Of a stretch of 26,754 bases of DNA, positions 15,924 through 23,859 are shown one piece after another. The notes under the pieces were generated by a model, which did no database searches, had not been told where the DNA came from, and was given only the letters and a program-made list of their open reading frames with translations. This stretch comes from a virus (lineage: Duplodnaviria > Caudoviricetes). The number at the start of each line of letters is the position of its first letter. Position 1 is the first letter of the stretch. The DNA is taken from IMG/VR virus record IMGVR_UViG_3300027906_000125, positions 1 through 26,754 of that record. One strand, 5' to 3'. Position numbers and translations under genes: made by a program.

Positions 15924-18341
15924 ATGAATGGTGTAGACACTAATTATCTAAGTGGCTTTCCTAGTCAGGTAGTACCTTTCGAAGAAAAGAACACATATGA
16001 ATACGGCCTAAAAGTAGCTAGAGCAATTGAAAACGAATGGTTTAGTAATAATAGATTTGGTAATGGCAGTGCTAGCGGTTATGGATTATTTAAAACTAAT
16101 TATTCTGAGTATCATAATAGAAGACTATACGCTAGAGGAGAACAATCAATACAAAAATATAAAGATGAATTAGCTATAAACGGTGATTTATCTTATTTAA
16201 ATCTAGACTGGAAACCAGTTCCTATTTTATCTAAATTTGTAGATATAGTAGTGAATGGTTTATCTGATAGAGATTACGATATTAAAGCTTACTCACAAGA
16301 TCCAGATTCAGTTAAGAAAAGAACTGATTACGCAACAGCATTGATGCGTGATATATCTGCTAGAGATTATTTAAGAGATGCTAAGGACACATTAGGTTTA
16401 GACTTATATTCTACACAGAATAAAGAAAACCTACCAGAAAATAAAGAAGAATTATCTCTACATATGCAGTTGGATTATAAGCAGAGTATAGAGATAGCAG
16501 AAGAAGAAGTAATATCTAATGTTTTAGCTAAAAATAAATTTAAAGAAACTAAGACTAGAATTATACAAGATTTAGTAATACTAGGTATTGGAGCCGTTAA
16601 AACTAATTTTAATACTTCAAATGGAGTAACAGTAGAATATGTAGATCCAGCAGAAATGGTTTACTCATATACTAAAGATCCTAATTTTGAAGATTTATAT
16701 TATGTTGGTGAGGTTAAAATGATTAGTATATCAGAGCTTAAAAAACAATTCCCTTATTTAACTGAACAAGAATTAAAAGAAATTGAAAAATTTCCTGGTG
16801 AACAAAATTATTTAAGAAACTGGAATGAAGCACCTGACGTGGTGGCTGTTATGTTTTTTGAATATAAAACATATATGGATCAAGTTTTTAAAATTAAAAA
16901 GACTGATCAAGGTTTAGAAAAAGCTTTAGAAAAACCTGATACATTTAATCCTGGAGAGAATGATAACTTTGATAGAGTTTCAAGATCTATTGAGGTTTTA
17001 TTTACAGGAGCTAAAATACTAGGTATAAATAATATGATATCTTGGAAGTTAGCAGAAAACATGTCTAGGCCTTTTGCTGATAGTACAAAGGTTAGAATGA
17101 ATTATTCAATATGTGCTCCAAGAATGTATCATGGTAGAATAGAATCATTAGTAAGTAGAGTTACAGGATTCGCGGATATGATACAATTAACGCATTTAAA
17201 AATGCAACAAGTTATATCTCGTATGGTACCTGATGGTGTTTATGTAGATGTAGATGGATTAGCAGAAGTGGATTTAGGTAATGGAACTAATTATAATCCT
17301 CAAGAAGCTTTAAACATGTATTTCCAAACTGGTAGTATAGTTGGTAGATCACTTACTCAAGAAGGAGATCCAAATAGAGGTAAAGTTCCTATTCAAGAAT
17401 TACAAACTTCTAATGCAGGTTCTAAACTTCAAAGTTTAATTACGACTTATCAATATTATCTACAGATGATTAGAGATGTAACCGGCTTAAATGAAGCTAG
17501 AGACGCTAGTACTCCAGATCCTGATTCGTTAGTAGGATTACAGAAGTTAGCTGCTTATAACTCTAATGTAGCAACTAGACATATATTACAAGGATCGTTG
17601 TATTTAGCCGTTAGAACTGCAGAAAATATTTCATTAAGAGTTGCTGATTGTTTAGATCATGAATTACTAGCTGAATCTTTAAAGAATTCTATTAGTACTT
17701 TTAATGTAGGAACTTTAAATGAAGTTAAAAATTTAAATCTTTTTGATTTTGGTATTTATTTAGAATTAGAACCAGATGCTGAAGAAAAAGCGCAGTTAGA
17801 GCAAAGTATACAAATTGCTTTAAAATCAGGAGGTATTAATTTAGAAGATGCTATAGATATTAGAGAAGTAAATAATATCAAACTAGCTAATCAGTTATTA
17901 AAACTAAGACGTAAACAAAAACAAGCTTACGAACAACAGGTACAACAACAAAATATTCAAATGCAAGCTCAAGCTAATGCTAAAGCAGCTGAGCAAGCAG
18001 CAATGTCTGAAGTACAGAAACAAGAAGCGTTAGCAAACACACAGTTACAAATTGAACAAGGTAAATCTCAATTTGAAATTTCAAGAATGGAAAAAGAAGC
18101 TGCAATTAAAAAAGAGTTAATGCAGGTGAAATATGAGTTTGATAGAAGACTAGCTGAATTAGATATAGAAGCTAGAACACTAAAAGAACAAGAACTAGAA
18201 AACCGAAAAGACAACAGAACAAAGATACAAGCTACACAGCAAAGTGAAATGATTTCACAAAGAAAAAATGATACTATGCCAGTTGATTTTGAAAACAACG
18301 AACAATTACCTGGCGCATTTGATTTAGAAGCATTTGTGTAG
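15924..18341 (+). CDS. Portal protein
   Basis: 805 aa directly after terL. PVPILSKFVDIVVNG, IRDVTGLNEARD and a long Q-rich C-terminal coiled coil (barrel) as in P22/crAss-type portals. Confidence 0.85.
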   Translation: MNGVDTNYLSGFPSQVVPFEEKNTYEYGLKVARAIENEWFSNNRFGNGSASGYGLFKTNYSEYHNRRLYARGEQSIQKYKDELAINGDLSYLNLDWKPVPILSKFVDIVVNGLSDRDYDIKAYSQDPDSVKKRTDYATALMRDISARDYLRDAKDTLGLDLYSTQNKENLPENKEELSLHMQLDYKQSIEIAEEEVISNVLAKNKFKETKTRIIQDLVILGIGAVKTNFNTSNGVTVEYVDPAEMVYSYTKDPNFEDLYYVGEVKMISISELKKQFPYLTEQELKEIEKFPGEQNYLRNWNEAPDVVAVMFFEYKTYMDQVFKIKKTDQGLEKALEKPDTFNPGENDNFDRVSRSIEVLFTGAKILGINNMISWKLAENMSRPFADSTKVRMNYSICAPRMYHGRIESLVSRVTGFADMIQLTHLKMQQVISRMVPDGVYVDVDGLAEVDLGNGTNYNPQEALNMYFQTGSIVGRSLTQEGDPNRGKVPIQELQTSNAGSKLQSLITTYQYYLQMIRDVTGLNEARDASTPDPDSLVGLQKLAAYNSNVATRHILQGSLYLAVRTAENISLRVADCLDHELLAESLKNSISTFNVGTLNEVKNLNLFDFGIYLELEPDAEEKAQLEQSIQIALKSGGINLEDAIDIREVNNIKLANQLLKLRRKQKQAYEQQVQQQNIQMQAQANAKAAEQAAMSEVQKQEALANTQLQIEQGKSQFEISRMEKEAAIKKELMQVKYEFDRRLAELDIEARTLKEQELENRKDNRTKIQATQQSEMISQRKNDTMPVDFENNEQLPGAFDLEAFV

Positions 18342-18371
18342 TATTTTTTATTAATTTTATATTATTTTATT

Positions 18372-19535
18372 ATGGCAAAAAACAAAGATTCTGGATCTTT
18401 AAAGATCAAGAAGAAATCTATTAAAGAACAAGTTGATACAAAAGAACCTGTTAAAGTAGATTTAAGTAAAAAAGTAGAAGAAACAGTTACACCAACTGTT
18501 GAAGCTAAAGTAGATTTAACACAAAAACCTCAAGAAGATGCCGTTCAAACATCAAAGACAGATGATAGCAATGTTCCTGTCGAAAAACCCGAAGACAAGG
18601 GAGACAGCAAAACAGTGGTTGAAGATGTACGGGAAACCGAAGAAGAAGTAATTCCTTTACAAGAGATTACTGATGAACCTTTAAAACAATCTGTACCTCA
18701 AAAATCTACAGAAAAAGAAATTGTATTACCAGAAAACATAGAAAAACTGGTTAAATTCATGGAGGAAACTAATGGAACAATGGAAGATTACGTTAGATTA
18801 AATGCTGATTACTCTTCAATTGATTCTGAAGTTTTACTTAAAGAATATTACAAAAAAAGCAAACCCCATCTTGATGATGAGGAAATAAAATTTATCATGG
18901 AAGAAAATTTCGACTATGATGAAGACGTTGATGAAGAGCGAGACATCAAAAGAAAAAAACTCGCTTACAAGGAAGAGGTTGCAAAAGCCAAAAACTTTTT
19001 AGAAGATGTTAAAAGTAAATACTACGAACAAGTAAGATTGAGACCGGGTGTTACTGAACAACAACAAAAAGCTATTGACTTTTTTAACCGCTACCAAAAA
19101 AATCAGGAAGTTGCTTTACAACAACATGAGGATTTTAAACAAAAGACGACTAATTTATTCACTGATGAATTCAAAGGTTTTGATTTTGCAGTTGGTGAAA
19201 AGAAATATAGATACGGTGTTAAAAATCCAAGTGAAGTTGGAAAGGCTCAGAGTAATTTACAAGACTTTGTTCAGAAGTTTCTGGACGATAAGGGCAACGT
19301 ACAAGATACTCAAGGTTATCACAAAGCAATCTTTGCTGCTAGAAATGCGGACAAAATAGCACATCACTTTTATGAGCAAGGCAAAGCCGATGCTGTTAAA
19401 GATGTTGTGAATAAATCTAAAAATGTATCTACAGAGGCGCGTACGTCTCCAAGTGGTGATGTATTTATAGGTGGTTTAAAGGTTCGTGCTATTAGTGGTT
19501 CTGATACTAATAAATTAAAAATCAAAAAACGATAA
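18372..19535 (+). CDS. Putative scaffolding protein
   Basis: Disordered E/K-rich N-terminus, helical C-terminal half, located between portal and capsid genes. Confidence 0.65.
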   Translation: MAKNKDSGSLKIKKKSIKEQVDTKEPVKVDLSKKVEETVTPTVEAKVDLTQKPQEDAVQTSKTDDSNVPVEKPEDKGDSKTVVEDVRETEEEVIPLQEITDEPLKQSVPQKSTEKEIVLPENIEKLVKFMEETNGTMEDYVRLNADYSSIDSEVLLKEYYKKSKPHLDDEEIKFIMEENFDYDEDVDEERDIKRKKLAYKEEVAKAKNFLEDVKSKYYEQVRLRPGVTEQQQKAIDFFNRYQKNQEVALQQHEDFKQKTTNLFTDEFKGFDFAVGEKKYRYGVKNPSEVGKAQSNLQDFVQKFLDDKGNVQDTQGYHKAIFAARNADKIAHHFYEQGKADAVKDVVNKSKNVSTEARTSPSGDVFIGGLKVRAISGSDTNKLKIKKR

Positions 19536-19552
19536 TTTAAAAACAATTAATT

Positions 19553-21040
19553 ATGCCCTTAAATCCTTTATTTGGTACGTTAAATCCGTCACAGGTCCAA
19601 CAGATCACGTCGGATAACTACCTTAGTTTTACAGATGGTACTAATGACTTTGCTCAGCAGTACTTACCTGAAATTTATGAAGCTGAAGTTGAGAGATATG
19701 GAAACAGAACTCTTTCTGGCTTTATAAGAATGGTCGGCGCTGAAATGCCGATGACATCTGATCAAGTAGTTTGGTCTGAACAAAATAGATTACATATATC
19801 TTATGATACTGTACAAGCAACGCTTGCTCCAGGAAACATATTAAGTCTATTTATAAATCCAACTCCAGGACTTGCAAACGTAATTACTCCAGGTATGACT
19901 GTAGTAATTCTACCTAAGTCTGGTGGAGATGCTATCAAAGCGTATGTTGCTGATTCTGGTATTGCACCTGCAACGGCTTTAGGTGCGGTTGAGCAGATCC
20001 AAGTATTCCCTTACCGTCAAACGGGAGCGGGAACTGGAGCACAAATTCCTGCTGATGCTGTAGGATTCAAAGTATTCGTATATGGTTCTGAATATCCAAA
20101 AGGAAGTTCAGGAGTATTAGAAAACGTTGAGCCATCTTTCACACAGTTCTCAAACAAACCAGTTATTATTAGAGATAGATACGTTGTATCTGGTTCTGAT
20201 ACTGCACAAATCGGTTGGGTTGAAGTAGCTGCTGAAGACGGAACAAACGGATACTTATGGTATCTAAAAGCTGAATCAGAAACTAGATTAAGATTCGAAG
20301 ATTACTTAGAAATGGTTATGGTTGAAGGTGAAGACGCGGAAATTAACGCGGGTGTACCTAACTTATTCCATACTCAAGCACAGGGTGGTATTACAGACTT
20401 TAATACTAATAACGCTGCTTTACTAGGTACTCAAGGTTTATTTGCTGCTATCGTTGACAGAGGAAATGTATTCTCTGCTTTCGCTGGTGCATTAGCTGAT
20501 TTCGATACAATTCTTGAGAATTTAGATTCCCAAGGAGCTATTGAAGAAAACATGTTATTCTTAGACAGAGCTACAGAGCTTGACATAGACAACATGCTTG
20601 CTTCTCAAAACTCTTACGGTATCGGTGGTACATCTTACGGTGTATTTGAAAATTCTGAAGAAATGGCTCTTAACTTACAGTTCTCAGGATTTAGAAGAGG
20701 ATCTTACGATTTCTATAAGACAAGTTGGAAATACTTAAACGATGCTTCTACAAGAGGTGGTTCTAGTAACTATACTCAAAATAGTGACATCGAAGGAGTA
20801 TTAATTCCTGCTGGTACTTCTACTGTTTATGACCAAATTCTTGGTACTAACATTAGACGTCCATTCTTACACGTAAGATATAGAGCTTCTCAAACGGATG
20901 ATAGAAGAATGAAGTCTTGGATCACTGGTTCTGTCGGTGGTGCTTACACTTCTGATCTAGATGCGATGGAAGTTAACTTCTTATCTGAAAGATGTTTATG
21001 TGTACAAGGTGCTAACAACTTTGTATTAATGACTTCTTAA
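19553..21040 (+). CDS. Major capsid protein
   Basis: 495 aa, positioned after portal and scaffold. Biased codons (ttc, aac, gct) suggest high expression. Followed by a strong hairpin. Confidence 0.85.
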   Translation: MPLNPLFGTLNPSQVQQITSDNYLSFTDGTNDFAQQYLPEIYEAEVERYGNRTLSGFIRMVGAEMPMTSDQVVWSEQNRLHISYDTVQATLAPGNILSLFINPTPGLANVITPGMTVVILPKSGGDAIKAYVADSGIAPATALGAVEQIQVFPYRQTGAGTGAQIPADAVGFKVFVYGSEYPKGSSGVLENVEPSFTQFSNKPVIIRDRYVVSGSDTAQIGWVEVAAEDGTNGYLWYLKAESETRLRFEDYLEMVMVEGEDAEINAGVPNLFHTQAQGGITDFNTNNAALLGTQGLFAAIVDRGNVFSAFAGALADFDTILENLDSQGAIEENMLFLDRATELDIDNMLASQNSYGIGGTSYGVFENSEEMALNLQFSGFRRGSYDFYKTSWKYLNDASTRGGSSNYTQNSDIEGVLIPAGTSTVYDQILGTNIRRPFLHVRYRASQTDDRRMKSWITGSVGGAYTSDLDAMEVNFLSERCLCVQGANNFVLMTS

Positions 21041-21050
21041 TACTTTTCAT

Positions 21051-21083
21051 AAGGTTACGGGCGCTTCGGCGCCCTTATACCTT
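21051..21083 (+). terminator. Hairpin with cUUCGg tetraloop after the capsid gene
   Basis: GGGCGC-TTCG-GCGCCC (21059-21074), extended by AAGGT/ACCTT. U-tract is weak. Confidence 0.75.
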
Positions 21084-21107
21084 TAACTTATTTAATTATA
21101 TTATATC

Positions 21108-21884
21108 ATGACAAAAAAGAAAAAAAACAAAGAGGTCGTTGTTGACGACTCTTGGGAAATAAAAGACAGACAATATTATTTATTAGGTGGTAGAGAACCT
21201 ATAACTTATACATTGTCTTCAAGACACACGCAGAGATACCCATTATTATGGTTTGATCCTGAAACTAATGAACAAAGAGCTTTAAGATATGCTACTAACC
21301 AGAACTCACCATTTGTTGATGAGCAAAAAGGAGAAGTAACTTTAAAGCACATACAATTTAAAGATGGTGTATTGGTTGTTCCAAAAGAATACCAAGCATT
21401 ACAAAAATTGATGTCATTATATCACCCAGGTTTAAACAAAAAATATGCTGAAAGACAACCAGTTCAAGCAGCTATTCATGAAGTAGATCAATTAGAATTT
21501 GAATTAGATGCTATGAATATTGCAAGAAATATAGATATTGATTTAGCAGAAGCTATATTAAGAGTGGAAAAAGGATCAAGTGTATCAACTTTAAGTTCTA
21601 AAGAATTAAAAAGAGATATACTAGTATTCGCTAAAACTAAACCTTCATTGTTTATTAAATTAGCAAGCGATGAAAATGTTCAGTTAAGAAACACATCTAT
21701 AAAAGCAGTTGAACAAGGTATAATTGATTTGTCTAATAAAAATAAAGATTTTTTATGGGCAGAAACTAAAGAAATTATAATGAAAGTTCCTTTTGGAGAA
21801 AATCCATATAGTGCCTTTGCAAGTTTCTTAAAAACTGATGAAGGTATCATGGTGCTGAAGTCTATAGAAAAGAAACTATACTAA
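21108..21884 (+). CDS. Hypothetical protein of the capsid module
   Basis: 258-aa ORF between MCP and ring genes, flanked by two hairpins. Confidence 0.75.
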   Translation: MTKKKKNKEVVVDDSWEIKDRQYYLLGGREPITYTLSSRHTQRYPLLWFDPETNEQRALRYATNQNSPFVDEQKGEVTLKHIQFKDGVLVVPKEYQALQKLMSLYHPGLNKKYAERQPVQAAIHEVDQLEFELDAMNIARNIDIDLAEAILRVEKGSSVSTLSSKELKRDILVFAKTKPSLFIKLASDENVQLRNTSIKAVEQGIIDLSNKNKDFLWAETKEIIMKVPFGENPYSAFASFLKTDEGIMVLKSIEKKLY

Positions 21885-21919
21885 TAATAAATAGGCGGGT
21901 TAACGCTCGCCTTTATTAT
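21884..21919 (+). terminator. Intergenic hairpin / probable terminator
   Basis: AGGCGGGT-TAAC-GCTCGCCT (21893-21912, two G-U pairs) flanked by complementary ATAATAA/TTATTAT. Confidence 0.65.
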
Positions 21920-21933
21920 AACAACAATATACT

Positions 21934-22677
21934 ATGGCTATAAACGTAAATACTGTCTATAGAACTGTATTATTAATTCTAAATAAAGAACAGCGTGGAT
22001 ACATGACACCTGATGAATTTAATAAAACAGCTACACAAGTACAGTTAGATATATTTGAAAAATACTTTGATGATTTAAATCAACAACTGCGTGTCATGCA
22101 AACTGATACTGATTATGCTGACAGGCAGATGAATATAGATGAGAAAATAGCTATATTTAAAACCTTTGGAGAATGCAACTATACTCCACAAGGTTATTTT
22201 ACTCTCCCCACCGTAGATTTTTACGGTAATACAGTTGAGTTTTATAGACTCGGAACAGCTGTTTATGATGAAGAAGTAGAGCTACAAAGATTAGATAGAA
22301 ATGATTTTTATTATGTAGAAAAATCTGGATTAACCAGAGCTTCATTACAATTTCCAACTTACTTATATGAAAACGAATTATTGTTTGTAAGACCCAGAAC
22401 TATAACTAGTAGGGTCACGGTGAATTATGTTCGTAAACCAATTCCTGTTAGATGGGGTTATGAAACTGGGGCTCAAGGTCAATATGTTTATAACAGTACA
22501 GCTTATGAACCTGCACTAAACCCAACTGGTTCTACTCAATTTGAACTTCATCCTTCTGAACAAAGTGAAGTTGTAATAAAAATATTAATGTATGCGGGGA
22601 TAATTATTAGAGATCCTCAGATAGTACAAGCGGCTGCTCAAGAAGCTGCAATGAATGAGCAAAATGAAAAATTATAA
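21934..22677 (+). CDS. Ring / tail tubular (head-tail adaptor) protein
   Basis: 247 aa. LNKEQRGYMTPDEFN..QLDIFEKYF N-terminal helices, YVRKP and FELHPSE. Position as in crAss-like phages. Confidence 0.65.
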   Translation: MAINVNTVYRTVLLILNKEQRGYMTPDEFNKTATQVQLDIFEKYFDDLNQQLRVMQTDTDYADRQMNIDEKIAIFKTFGECNYTPQGYFTLPTVDFYGNTVEFYRLGTAVYDEEVELQRLDRNDFYYVEKSGLTRASLQFPTYLYENELLFVRPRTITSRVTVNYVRKPIPVRWGYETGAQGQYVYNSTAYEPALNPTGSTQFELHPSEQSEVVIKILMYAGIIIRDPQIVQAAAQEAAMNEQNEKL

Positions 22678-22680
22678 TAA

Positions 22681-23853
22681 ATGACACTAATTTCTGAAAA
22701 CAATAGACAGTATTACGCAGGAACACAAACGTTCATAGCAGACGGTGTTAACTTTAGTTTCCCTACTACATTTAACACAAACTTGATTTTTGCTACATCT
22801 GATCCTACAAATGTTAATTGGCCTACAAATAACTTTTATTTAGAAGTTAGTATAGATGGTGGTGTAACATACACCCCATTATATAATACTTATACAGTAG
22901 TAGATAACACTATCACGGTAACAGGTGGTTTAAACGCTGGAGATTATTTAAAAGTTCAATTAACTGAGAATACAGTTTGGCAGAATTATGGTGGATATTC
23001 ATATACAAAATTACACGATGTAGTAACTAATTATATGATTGCTTATGTAGGCGCTGGTAAATTAATACCTAGTGTTAAAAGAACAGATGTTATATTTCAT
23101 GCTAAAAGAGGTTTACAAGAATTTAGTTATGATACTTTAAAAAGTATTAAATCTCAAGAATTACAGATACCAGCTAGTTTATCTTTGGTTATACCTCAAG
23201 ACTATGTCAACTATGTTAGGTTAGCATGGAAAGATGAATTAGGAGTGTTACACACTATATTACCTAACAATGGTTTAACTACTAATCCTTATGAAAGTCT
23301 AGCACAAGATCAAGATGGTTTACCAATTCAAGATGCTTTAAGTGAAAACTTAGAAACAACCTCATTAACTAAACAAGCTTGGAGAGTTGCTAACGATAGA
23401 TTAATATCTGGATGGAGTGGTAATTGGTGGAGTTATTATACAGATTACTTTAGTACTCCTTTTCCTTTATACTGGAATCAAATAGTAGGACAGAGATATG
23501 GTTTAAATCCTCAAACAAGTAATACAAACGGTTGGTTTGGAATAGATGAAAGACAAGGTAAATTTACTTTTTCTAGTAATTTAGCTGGAAGATTAATTGT
23601 ATTAGAATATATATCTGATGGACTTTCTTCAGATTTAGATACTAGAATACCTAAGATGGCTGAAGAAGCTCTCTATGCGTATATAAATTACCAGGTTGTA
23701 GCTACTAGAGCTCGTATGCCTGAGTACATTGTTAAAAGATATCAAAAAGAAAAAAGTGCAAAACTAAGAAATGCTAAAATTAGATTATCTAATATTAAAT
23801 TAGATCAAATAGTACAAGTTATGCGTGGAAAATCTAAATGGATTAAACATTAA
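22681..23853 (+). CDS. Second ring / tail tubular-type protein
   Basis: 390 aa. DVIFHAKRGLQE helix, IPQDYVNYV, LEYISDG and IPKMAEEAL pattern. Extra beta-rich N-terminal region. Confidence 0.6.
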   Translation: MTLISENNRQYYAGTQTFIADGVNFSFPTTFNTNLIFATSDPTNVNWPTNNFYLEVSIDGGVTYTPLYNTYTVVDNTITVTGGLNAGDYLKVQLTENTVWQNYGGYSYTKLHDVVTNYMIAYVGAGKLIPSVKRTDVIFHAKRGLQEFSYDTLKSIKSQELQIPASLSLVIPQDYVNYVRLAWKDELGVLHTILPNNGLTTNPYESLAQDQDGLPIQDALSENLETTSLTKQAWRVANDRLISGWSGNWWSYYTDYFSTPFPLYWNQIVGQRYGLNPQTSNTNGWFGIDERQGKFTFSSNLAGRLIVLEYISDGLSSDLDTRIPKMAEEALYAYINYQVVATRARMPEYIVKRYQKEKSAKLRNAKIRLSNIKLDQIVQVMRGKSKWIKH

Positions 23854-23859
23854 AATTAA

